A stretch of 64,000 bases of DNA, taken from positions 5,074 through 69,073 of the forward strand of contig JAVEPB010000049.1 of the NCBI GenBank assembly GCA_030922375.1, in the 5' to 3' direction. Made by a program: the position numbers and the translations under genes. The stretch is from a bacterium. GTDB lineage: Bacteria; UBA8248. Under the pieces are notes generated by a model that was not told where the DNA came from, did no database searches, and was given only the letters and a program-made list of their open reading frames with translations. Below are positions 46,210-54,701 of the stretch, piece after piece; the first letter of the stretch is position 1; every line of letters begins with the position of its first letter.

Positions 46210-47121
46210 ATGGCAAGAAATAAAACCATAGGGGTAATTGGGCTGGGAAAGATGGGCAAACCCATCGCGGAAGAGTTGATTGAAGCAAAAACGCCTCTTA
46301 TGGTGTGGGACACATCCCCGTCAGCCCGGAAGCCTTTCGAGAACATGAAAGGTGCTGAGGTGGCTGAACCCGGCACGATGGCGGGAAAGTGCGCGGTTAT
46401 TATTTTCGTCGTCCCCTCCTCGCTGGAAGTGGCGGATTGCCTGAAGGGAAAGGAGGGAATCCTGCAAAACGCGGGCAAGGGGCTGGTCCTCTATGATTTC
46501 ACCACATCAGATCCCGTTGATACGAAAAAGTTGGGCCGTCTGGCCGAGAAAAGGGGGATAGCTTACCTCGATGCCGGGATGGGCCGGGGCTCCACCAGGA
46601 AGCTCGTCCTCATGATAGGAGGAGATCAAAAAGCATTCCGGCGTACGAAAAAACTTCTCGCCCCCATCGTGGAAAAAACCTTCCATCTTGGGGAGCTCGG
46701 TTCCGGTCACGCGATGAAGCTTGTTCACAACATGGTTCTCCACACTATCTTCGTGTCCACCTGCGAAGGTGCTCGGATGATTGAGCGGATGGGGATGAGG
46801 GTGGAGGACATGATCGAAATTTTTAATGCTTCCGTCGTCTATAGCTATGTAAGCCGTCACCGCTTCCCGAATAACATTCTTTCAGGGAAGTGGAACGCCA
46901 ATTCTCGCGTTTTCAATCTCCATAAAGATGTAGGCCTGGCCGTCAAACTGGGCAAAAAGCTTGGGGCGGAGGTCTCGCTGGCGGAAAGAACTTTTTCTTT
47001 TTTAGGGAAAGCCATCAAGCGAGGGATGCAAGAGCAGGATTTTTCATTGCTCTATAGGGACTTTGAGAAGATCAGGAGGGTGCGGCCGGCCTCCCCCTCG
47101 AAACCGGTCCATTCGGATTAA
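46210..47121 (+). CDS. NAD(P)-dependent 3-hydroxyisobutyrate/6-phosphogluconate dehydrogenase-like oxidoreductase
   Basis: ATG 46210 (AGGAG upstream). IGVIGLGKMGKPIA Rossmann motif and GSGHAMKLVHN. Confidence 0.85.
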   Translation: MARNKTIGVIGLGKMGKPIAEELIEAKTPLMVWDTSPSARKPFENMKGAEVAEPGTMAGKCAVIIFVVPSSLEVADCLKGKEGILQNAGKGLVLYDFTTSDPVDTKKLGRLAEKRGIAYLDAGMGRGSTRKLVLMIGGDQKAFRRTKKLLAPIVEKTFHLGELGSGHAMKLVHNMVLHTIFVSTCEGARMIERMGMRVEDMIEIFNASVVYSYVSRHRFPNNILSGKWNANSRVFNLHKDVGLAVKLGKKLGAEVSLAERTFSFLGKAIKRGMQEQDFSLLYRDFEKIRRVRPASPSKPVHSD

Positions 47122-47216
47122 GGGAATTTTGTAGCCGGACTCTCATCGGAAGTGTCGCAATTTTTTTTTAGGGGGGAAGATTTACCTTACCCCGTTTCCC
47201 GTTCAGGAGGGGCCTC

Positions 47217-47582
47217 ATGACGTTCTACAGTTGGGATACGGTTCCGGAGGAGCACAATCGCTCCGGCGTGATTCACCGCCGGCTTTTCGGTAAAAACGTT
47301 CAGGTGCAATTGCTCACCATCGAACCGGGTGGCGAGCCCGCCGAGCTTCACGACCATCCGGAGATCGAACAGTTTTTCTGCGTTCTGGAAGGCGAGTGGG
47401 AGATGCGGGTGGATGAGGAGAAGCGCCGCGTGGGTCCCGGCGATGTCATCTACGTCGCGCCGGGCCAGATCCACAACATCACGCTCCTGGGCGACACGAC
47501 TGGAAAAGTAATCGAGGTTTATCAGCCCGTGTTGAGCACCGAGTTGGCGGAGGAGCGCAGAAGGTCAGCCAATCCTGGCTAG
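47217..47582 (+). CDS. Cupin-domain protein
   Basis: GGEPAELHDHPEIEQFFCVLEG...GDVIYVAPGQIHN (cupin motifs 1 and 2). Confidence 0.8.
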   Translation: MTFYSWDTVPEEHNRSGVIHRRLFGKNVQVQLLTIEPGGEPAELHDHPEIEQFFCVLEGEWEMRVDEEKRRVGPGDVIYVAPGQIHNITLLGDTTGKVIEVYQPVLSTELAEERRRSANPG

Positions 47583-47666
47583 GGCGGCCGGGGCCGGGCT
47601 CAAACCTGTGCTTCGCAATAGCTTCATCCTCTCTCTCACGTTGCGATGACGCGATCGGCGGGTGAG

Positions 47667-47703
47667 TATGCATGGCGAATTACTAATTCACCCTGTACAG
47701 GTT
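47667..47703. repeat. PAL family copy P3
   Basis: TATGCATGGCGAATTACTAATTCACCCTGTACAGGTT is about 84 percent identical to P2. Confidence 0.7.
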
Positions 47704-47993
47704 GACACCCCCGAGCGGGTTTCCGATATTAAGGGATGGATGTCTTTTTCATCCTGATCAGCCTTTTGTTCGGCCCTCCTGCACAGATGTCCCGAAAATG
47801 ATGTCCAGAGAAAAGTCAGCGAGTTCGATCCGCGCCCTGACTCCGATGTTTTTCTCCATCAGAGAGAGGGAGGCCATCATGACGGAACACCTATACCGCC
47901 CGGGGGGCTGTGAATCCGCGCGGAGAATTTGATGCCACGGTGCGAGTCTCAGCGACCTGGGCAGATTTCTCAACACTCCTGGAGGGGACGACC

Positions 47994-48968
47994 GTGACTA
48001 GTCTGATGGAACGGATGGAGATCGCAAGCCTCTGCGTGGATACCTGTCTGGGGATCCAGGAAGGAGAGAAGGTGCTCGTCCTCGCCGACAGGGAGCACCT
48101 CGAATATGGCGAAGCCTTGAACGCCGCGGCGAACCTCCTGGGGGCGGAAACCGCGATCACCGTTCTCCCCGATCCCAAAAATTACGAAATGGAGCCCAGC
48201 GGGATGGTGGTCGCGGCCATGAACGCGGCGGACGTCCTGATCGTCGTCTTGTCGGAACTGGCCCAAAACCAGTTCGCGCATTCAATCGCGCGAAAAGAGG
48301 CCACGGAAAAAGGCGTCCGGTACGGTGGCTACAGGATCCTTCCTCCCGGCTCGCGCCTCACCCGCGAAGATCTGCTGGAAACAGGAGAGCGTGTACTCCG
48401 GCTGATAGACCGGCTGACGTCCGCGGATTCCGCGCGCCTCACGACCGCACTGGGGACCGAAGTCACCATGTCCCTGAAAGGGAGAAAAGGGTTCGGCGTC
48501 TCACCCATCTGCACCAAATGGGAACCGGGCCGCTGGGCCGGCCTGCCGAATTTCGCCGACGCGCACATCGCACCCGTGGAAGGCACCGGCGAGGGCGTGG
48601 CGATCATCGACGGGATGGTGAACTGGATCGGCTTCGTGCGCGAGCCCCTTAGGATAACGATCGAAAAAGGCAGAATAACCGATGTCTCCGGGGGCGCCGA
48701 CGCTGAGCGGCTGCGCGCCATTCTGGATCAGGGGGATGAAAACGCTACGAATTTCGCGGAGCTGGGCATGGGCACCGTCGCCAACGCGCTGCCCGTGGGC
48801 TCGAACCTGGACAAGCGCCTTCTCGGCACCGCTCACATCGGACTCGGGGACAACTCCGTCCTCACCGGGAAAGTCCGGAGCAACATGCACATGGACGCCC
48901 TGATGTACGGGGCGACGGTGGAACTGGACGGCGAGCCCATCGTGAAGGAAGGGAAATTCCTGGCGTGA
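47994..48968 (+). CDS. Aminopeptidase-T (M29)-fold protein, paralog of 59787..60761
   Basis: ORF 47910..48968. I chose the GTG 47994 start (GGAGGGGA upstream), with ATG 48006 as the alternative. EGEKVLVLADRE, NFAELGMGT, GTAHIGLGDN and HMDALM. Confidence 0.7.
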   Translation: MTSLMERMEIASLCVDTCLGIQEGEKVLVLADREHLEYGEALNAAANLLGAETAITVLPDPKNYEMEPSGMVVAAMNAADVLIVVLSELAQNQFAHSIARKEATEKGVRYGGYRILPPGSRLTREDLLETGERVLRLIDRLTSADSARLTTALGTEVTMSLKGRKGFGVSPICTKWEPGRWAGLPNFADAHIAPVEGTGEGVAIIDGMVNWIGFVREPLRITIEKGRITDVSGGADAERLRAILDQGDENATNFAELGMGTVANALPVGSNLDKRLLGTAHIGLGDNSVLTGKVRSNMHMDALMYGATVELDGEPIVKEGKFLA

Positions 48969-49126
48969 TCGAAGGATGCCGCAGTGCTCCGAAAAAATTG
49001 GGTCACTTGGGAATCCAATTATAGCGGTGCACGGTTCGGCTGATTAAAGATGGGAATCCCCCTGTCAGCGGGATTGGTTCGAACCCAAGAGGCGGAGGGC
49101 GAGGCGAAATTCAAAGGAGATGGCAG

Positions 49127-51517
49127 GTGATGAGTTCGGAAAATGGCACCCGAATCGTGAAATCCGGATGTTTTTGTTGCCACGCGGGATGCGGAATTCT
49201 TGTCCACGTCAAGGACGATCGTGTCGTCGATGTCGTCGGCGACCCGGACCACCCGCACAACCGGGGCAAGATATGTGTCAAGGGCCGCCACTCAATCGAA
49301 ACCCTCTACCACAAGGATCGATTGCTATATCCCCTGAAGCGCGTGGGCAAGCGCGGAGAGGGGAAGTGGGATCGCATTTCCTGGGACGAAGCCCTGGATA
49401 CAAGCGCCGCCGAACTCAAACGGGTCATTGATCGCTACGGGCCCCTGGCCGTCACCGGCGGAGACGGCACGAAGGGCGACGAAGTGGCCTGGATCATAGA
49501 CCTTTTCCTCCTCAAGCTCGGCACAACGAACCGCACCGGATCCGGACGGGCTCAATGCATGATGCCGCGGCGGGAGGCCTCAAAAGCGGCTTTCGGCAAT
49601 TACTACACCATTGATTTCGAGGGAGGACCCGAATGCATGATCCTCTGGGCGGATCAGCTTGAGGTCTCGAACCACAATTCCGTCCTGGGCTGGAAGGTGC
49701 AGGAGAACCTCAAGCGGGGCGCCAAGCTGATAGTGATAGATCCGCGGCGGACGGCTTACGCCCGCCGGGCGGACCTCTGGCTCCGGATTCGCCCCTCGAC
49801 CGACGTGGTCCTGGCCATGAGCATGATTCACGTCATCATCGAAGAGGGCCTTTTTGACCGCGAATTCGTTACGAAATGGACCAACGCTCCCTATCTGGTG
49901 GATACCGCGTCGGGCGATCTGCTCCGGGACGCGGAAGGGCGCTATCTCGTATGGAACGCGGAAAATAACGAGGCGGCCCCGGCCGACACCCCCGGTGTAA
50001 AGCTCGCCTTGGAAGGCTCGTTCGAGGTGGCCGGCCTCTCGTGCAAAACAGCCTGGCAACTCCTGCGCGAGCGGTGTGCGGCGTACCCGCCCGGAGAGGC
50101 GGCCCCCATCACCTGGCTGAAGGCGGAGGACATCGTCCGTGCGGCGCGCCTCTATGCAACCACCCGGCCCGCCGCCATCAGCTGGGGCGTAGGCCTCGAT
50201 ATGAACATCAACTCCCACCAGGGGCCGAGAGCCCTGACCATCCTGGAGTGCCTCACCGGCAACGTGGACAACCAGGGAGGGAATTACTACCCGACGCCGC
50301 GCTGCAAGGTTCACCGGGAATTCGTTGAGGAATTCGCGGCCACGCTTCCCGATGAATCCTTCGAGAATCAGCTCGGCGGCGACCGCTTCCGGCTCGGTTC
50401 CGGGGTCACCGCGAAGCAATACGCCAACAACCCCGCCGTCCTGCGCGCCATCCTCACGGGAGAGCCTTACCCGGTGCGGGCCTGGGTTGCCATGGGGGGA
50501 AACCCCGTCATGACCTGGAGCAATTCACGCGAGGTCTGCGAGGCCCTGCTGAAGCTCGATTTTCATATGGGATTCGACCATTTCATGACCCCCTCGCTCC
50601 AACTCGCCGACATCGTGCTGCCCGCTCCCACCCAGTTCGAGAAGGAGCGCCTCGCGGGACCGCACAGCTACAGCCCCTTCGGGAACGTCATGTGTCAGAG
50701 AGCGATCGAGCCGCTGGGAGAGGTACGCGATGAGTTCGAGGTTTCGGGCGAGATCCTGCGGCGCATGGGGTTGGGAGAGAGTTGGCCCTGGCGCACGATC
50801 GTGGCTTTCTACGAAGAGCGCCTGGCCAAGGCCGGCATCTCATGGAATGAAGTGACCGAGGCGGGCGGCCTTCAGGACAAGCTCATCTACCGGAAACACG
50901 AGACCGCCTATTTTCGAGAGAGCGGAGGTTTTCCCACCCGTACCGGCAAGGCGGAAATCTACTGCACCCGGTGGCACGAGAACGGCTATGATCCGCTGCC
51001 CTTTTTCACCGAGCCGCCCGAAACCCCTTATAGCAGCCCCGAGGTGGCGGAGGAGTATCCCTTCACCGTTATCACGGGTGCCAGGGTTCCCTATTTCTTT
51101 CACACCCAGCAGCACCACGAGGGAACTCTCCGCGGGCTTCATCCCGAGCCTTTGACTTGTATCCACCCCGATTCGTCCGCGCGGCTCGGAATCTCGAATG
51201 GCGACTGGATATGCATCGAGAGCCCGCGAGGGCGTTGCGCGCAGAAGGCAAAATTATTCGACGGCCTCGACCCCCGGGTGATCAGTGTGGAGCATGCCTG
51301 GTGGTTCCCGGAGGAGGAACCCTCCCTGCCCCATCTTTATGGCGCCTTCCGATCGAACGCGAACACCCTCACGCCGAACAAGGACCCCTTCCTCGACCGG
51401 GCCTTCGGGGGCTACACCTTGCGGGGATTTCAGGCGAAGGTTTACAAAATTACCGAAGAGGAGGCCATGTCCATCGGTTTGGAAGAAGAGGCGGCGGCCG
51501 GCGTTTCGGACTCATGA
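49127..51517 (+). CDS. Cytoplasmic molybdopterin (bis-MGD) oxidoreductase, DMSO-reductase superfamily, substrate unknown
   Basis: N-terminal FeS motif CFCCHAGCG...KICVKG. No Tat signal. 796 aa with the MopB domain order and a C-terminal beta-barrel (ISNGDWICIESPRGR). ATG 49130 is an alternative start. Confidence 0.85.
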   Translation: MMSSENGTRIVKSGCFCCHAGCGILVHVKDDRVVDVVGDPDHPHNRGKICVKGRHSIETLYHKDRLLYPLKRVGKRGEGKWDRISWDEALDTSAAELKRVIDRYGPLAVTGGDGTKGDEVAWIIDLFLLKLGTTNRTGSGRAQCMMPRREASKAAFGNYYTIDFEGGPECMILWADQLEVSNHNSVLGWKVQENLKRGAKLIVIDPRRTAYARRADLWLRIRPSTDVVLAMSMIHVIIEEGLFDREFVTKWTNAPYLVDTASGDLLRDAEGRYLVWNAENNEAAPADTPGVKLALEGSFEVAGLSCKTAWQLLRERCAAYPPGEAAPITWLKAEDIVRAARLYATTRPAAISWGVGLDMNINSHQGPRALTILECLTGNVDNQGGNYYPTPRCKVHREFVEEFAATLPDESFENQLGGDRFRLGSGVTAKQYANNPAVLRAILTGEPYPVRAWVAMGGNPVMTWSNSREVCEALLKLDFHMGFDHFMTPSLQLADIVLPAPTQFEKERLAGPHSYSPFGNVMCQRAIEPLGEVRDEFEVSGEILRRMGLGESWPWRTIVAFYEERLAKAGISWNEVTEAGGLQDKLIYRKHETAYFRESGGFPTRTGKAEIYCTRWHENGYDPLPFFTEPPETPYSSPEVAEEYPFTVITGARVPYFFHTQQHHEGTLRGLHPEPLTCIHPDSSARLGISNGDWICIESPRGRCAQKAKLFDGLDPRVISVEHAWWFPEEEPSLPHLYGAFRSNANTLTPNKDPFLDRAFGGYTLRGFQAKVYKITEEEAMSIGLEEEAAAGVSDS

Positions 51518-51608
51518 AGAGCGAAAAGCATCCGATCTTTCGGCAGGAACTTTTTACAGATATCTGGAACGAACATTTAGATTTGAGAAGGGGAGGTAAA
51601 TACGGCTC

Positions 51609-51953
51609 ATGAAATCCTACGACTGGAACGAGATGATCGCTCACCAACAAGAAGGCCGCATCCGGCGCGTCATCGCGGGAGAGCTGATGACCGTCCTCCG
51701 CCAGGTCATTCCCTCGGGTCCGGACTCCTTGGGCGCCCATAGCCACCCCCAGGAGCAAATCAGCATTGTGCTCGAGGGAAGGGCGCGCTTCACCTGCGCG
51801 GATGAAGAAGTGACTCTCGGCCCGGGCGGGGTGGTGATCTTTCCTCCCGATACGGAGCACTCCACTCAAAATCTGGAGGACGGGGATCTGGTGGTGGAGG
51901 AGATATTCTCTCCGGGCGTGGAGCGGCTCAACAAGCTTGCGCCGCAATCTTAA
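51609..51953 (+). CDS. Cupin-domain protein
   Basis: GAHSHPQEQISIVLEG...GGVVIFPPDTEHS. Confidence 0.75.
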   Translation: MKSYDWNEMIAHQQEGRIRRVIAGELMTVLRQVIPSGPDSLGAHSHPQEQISIVLEGRARFTCADEEVTLGPGGVVIFPPDTEHSTQNLEDGDLVVEEIFSPGVERLNKLAPQS

Positions 51954-52454
51954 CGAGCAAGTCGAAAGGAGGGGTCGAGGGACAGCGAAGGGTCCGGTTG
52001 GCGAGCAGTGAGTTTCCTCTTATTTTCCCTGTTTAACTGGGAATTAAGCGGAGAAGGGTTTGCTCTGGACTGTGCTCATCGCCAAATAATTTCTCCGTCT
52101 TTTCTCTGTTTCGATCTGACACTCTATTACCGCTATTTCCTGGGGTTTTCCCGGATTCAACCGGACATTTTCCTATTCTCCAGGGCCGCATTTCTAGCCA
52201 AAATTGGCGCAAATCCGCTTCCTCCCGGAATGTGCAATCATCAGAGTCCAAAAGACTTGATTCCTTGTGATATCCAATTTCGCCGGGTGCGGGCTACGCC
52301 ATGAGTATTGTCCCTTGCCGCATGACGGTGGATGGAATTTCGCGGAACACGGCCGAAGCGCTGAAACCAAATGCGTATGAGCTTTCAAGCGCGATGGAGC
52401 GGAGCCCTTTTCCCGCAACTTAAAAAAGAGAGTGTTTTATCCAAAATACAGCCG

Positions 52455-52520
52455 TTGCACTTCACCTAAAAAAATCGATAATACAGGTCATTGCATTTCA
52501 CCTAAAATAATCGATACGGA
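52455..52520 (+). promoter_or_regulatory. Two 26-nt direct repeats TTGCA(C/T)TTCACCTAAAA(A/T)AATCGATA immediately upstream of the nitrile hydratase operon
   Basis: Units at 52455..52480 and 52491..52516, 36 nt start to start, with 2 mismatches. The second unit ends 11 nt before ATG 52528. Confidence 0.5.
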
Positions 52521-52527
52521 GGCGCGC

Positions 52528-53154
52528 ATGAGCGAGAAGACCCACGATGGGCACACCGAGCTTACGGATAACGAACTTCGGGTCCGGGCGCTCGAGTCGT
52601 TGCTCACCGAAAGAGGCTTGGTGGACGCGGACGCTCTCAATGAACTTATCGACACCTACGAGACCAAGATCGGCCCGCGCAACGGGTTCAAGGTGGTCGC
52701 CCGCGCATGGACGGACCCCGAATTCAAGAAACGGCTGCTCGAGGACGGCAATGCGGCCCTCGCCGAGATGGGCTACGAAGGGCGGCAGGGCGAAATCATG
52801 GTGGTGCTGGAGAACACGCCCAAGATTCACAACATGGTGGTCTGCACCCTTTGCTCGTGCTATCCGTGGCCGGTGCTGGGCCTTCCTCCCGCCTGGTATA
52901 AATCGTTCCCCTACCGCTCACGCGCGGTGATCGACCCCCGAGGCGTTTTAAAGGAGTTCGGCCTCGAGCTCGGGGACGATGTCGATATCCGCGTGTGGGA
53001 CAGCACCTCGGAGACGCGGTTTATCGTCCTTCCCGAGCGCCCGGCCGGGACCGAGGACATGACCGAAGAGGAACTGGTCGAGATCGTCAACCGCAACTCC
53101 CTCATAGGAACGGCCCTGGTCGAGGCCCCGAGCGCGATAGGAGATCAGACATGA
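52528..53154 (+). CDS. nthA: Nitrile hydratase alpha subunit, cobalt-type active site
   Basis: [22 protein letters not shown] (CTLCSC is the Co-type motif). ATG 52528 with GGAGG upstream. Confidence 0.9.
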   Translation: MSEKTHDGHTELTDNELRVRALESLLTERGLVDADALNELIDTYETKIGPRNGFKVVARAWTDPEFKKRLLEDGNAALAEMGYEGRQGEIMVVLENTPKIHNMVVCTLCSCYPWPVLGLPPAWYKSFPYRSRAVIDPRGVLKEFGLELGDDVDIRVWDSTSETRFIVLPERPAGTEDMTEEELVEIVNRNSLIGTALVEAPSAIGDQT

Positions 53155-53462
53155 ACGGCGTGCACGATATGGGCGGCATGCACGGGATGGGGCCCATCGT
53201 CCTCGAAGAGAACGAGCCCATTTTCCACGCGGAGTGGGAGAAGCGCATATTCGCTCTCTCGCGCGCCATGGGCTTTCAGGATCGGTGGAACATCGATATG
53301 GCTCGCCATGCCCGCGAGCGCATCCCGCCTCACATCTATATGGCGTCGACTTATTACGAGCGGTTTTTGTTGAGCCTTGAGACCCTGTTGGTTGAAGGTG
53401 AGTACTTTACGCAAGAGGAAATCGACGAGCGCGTGGCCAAGCTCGCTAGGGAGGAAGCCTGA
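53151..53462 (+). CDS. nthB: Nitrile hydratase beta subunit, N-terminal half as a separate gene
   Basis: [36 protein letters not shown]...[13 protein letters not shown]. The ATG overlaps the alpha stop (ATGA). It ends at TGA 53460..53462. Confidence 0.85.
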   Translation: MNGVHDMGGMHGMGPIVLEENEPIFHAEWEKRIFALSRAMGFQDRWNIDMARHARERIPPHIYMASTYYERFLLSLETLLVEGEYFTQEEIDERVAKLAREEA

Positions 53463-53812
53463 TGCCTTTGCTCACGAAGGAGATGGTCGCGGGGATGCTT
53501 CGGCAGGGGGAGGGTTTTAAGGTAGACACCGACATTCCGCCCAGGTTTTCGGTCGGCGATCGCATCCGGGCCCGCGATATCAATCCCGAGGGCCATACAC
53601 GTCTTCCGCGCTATGCCCGCGGCCGGCAGGGAGTGATCGATAAAGACTATGGCGTTTTCGTCTTCCCCGACACCATGGCCCGGGGCGAGGGGAAAAACCC
53701 CCAGCACCTATACAGCGTCCGCTTCATGTTCAGCGAACTTTGGGGGCCCGACGCACGGGCCGGGGATTCCGTTTATGTCGACATGTGGGACGACTACATG
53801 GACCCCGCATGA
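53462..53812 (+). CDS. nthB: Nitrile hydratase beta subunit, C-terminal half as a separate gene
   Basis: FSVGDRIRARDINPEGHTRLPRYARGRQGVIDKDYGVFVFPD...LYSVRFMFSELWG. The ATG overlaps the preceding TGA by 1 nt (TGATG), and GGGAGGA lies 7 nt upstream. Confidence 0.85.
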   Translation: MPLLTKEMVAGMLRQGEGFKVDTDIPPRFSVGDRIRARDINPEGHTRLPRYARGRQGVIDKDYGVFVFPDTMARGEGKNPQHLYSVRFMFSELWGPDARAGDSVYVDMWDDYMDPA

Positions 53813-53839
53813 ACCCATACAATGAGTCCATGAGCGAGA

Positions 53840-54214
53840 GTGGCGATGAATGACCCGAAGGATTTTGATGCGCTTCCCTCAATGCCGCGGGATGAGGAGG
53901 GACCCGTCTTCCGCGAGCCCTGGGAGGCGCAGGCCTTTTCCATGACCTTGATGCTCTACGAGCAGGGGCACTTCTCCTGGAGAGAATGGACCGAATGCCT
54001 GGGCGCCGAGATCACGGCGGCCGAAGAGCGAGGAGACCCCGACCTGGGAGATACTTATTACCTTCATTGGCTTGCCGCCATCGAAAAAATGGTCGCCGAA
54101 AAAGGCATCGTGGAGGCCGATACCCTACGCCGCCGAAAAGACGAGTGGGATGTCGCCGCACGGACGACTCCTCACGGCCAGCCGATATTGCTTGATCACC
54201 AAAAAGAACAGTAG
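53840..54214 (+). CDS. Nitrile hydratase accessory (activator) protein
   Basis: GPVFREPWEAQAFSMTLMLYEQGHFSWREW...YYLHWLAAIEKMV, the typical activator pattern. Confidence 0.8.
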   Translation: MAMNDPKDFDALPSMPRDEEGPVFREPWEAQAFSMTLMLYEQGHFSWREWTECLGAEITAAEERGDPDLGDTYYLHWLAAIEKMVAEKGIVEADTLRRRKDEWDVAARTTPHGQPILLDHQKEQ

Positions 54215-54554
54215 GGAATTCGCCGGCCGCTCTCTTCCTGAGAGGAAAAACGCCGGATTGCAGGAATTTTCCGGCCCCGATCTGCCCGGGGGTCTGTGCT
54301 TTCGCCCGGCTCGCCGCGCGCGCATTGGGCAGGCGCGGGCTTATTGTGCACGCCGAAAGCCGCGGCCTTTTTCTCGTGAAGGTTCTAACCTCGGCCAATC
54401 CGGTTTCTGTGAATCCAAAATCATCTTGAATTTCCATGCGAAATATATTTACGAATCGCTACGATAAATTCACGGCATATCGAATTTCCCTCAAACAAGG
54501 CTCCGGAAGGTGCCGTCCCGTCCGAATACTCGTCTGAATCCTAATCCCCCCTCT

Positions 54555-54628
54555 CATGATCGAGTCTCTTCGTGGCTACGAATTGATAAGGGAAGAAATC
54601 GTCAATTTCAGGGACGAGTCAGTTTAGG
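54555..54628 (+). repeat. Intergenic repeat, degenerate A-module copy
   Basis: CATGATCGAGTCTCTTCG...CAATTTCAGGGACGAGTCAGTTTAGGC. It is preceded by a B-like fragment GTCCCGTCCGAATACTCGTCTGAATCC (54513..54539). Confidence 0.5.
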
Positions 54629-54701
54629 CTAGTATGTTACAATTCTAGAAACCGTAGAGAATTATTGGTTAAAATAGGTTGGTGGGAAGAGGGAGTATCC
54701 T

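Noticed and set aside
49070-49090. GGTTCGAACC looks like a tRNA T-arm (TTCGAA loop)
   Set aside because: No matching acceptor stem, D-arm or anticodon arm can be built on either strand within about 80 nt. It is more likely part of a leader hairpin or palindrome.
52008-52304. 98-aa plus-strand ORF in the gap upstream of the nitrile hydratase genes
   Set aside because: There is no SD. The composition is hydrophobic and low-complexity with atypical codon usage for this window, and I recognise no motif. I treat the region as non-coding or regulatory.
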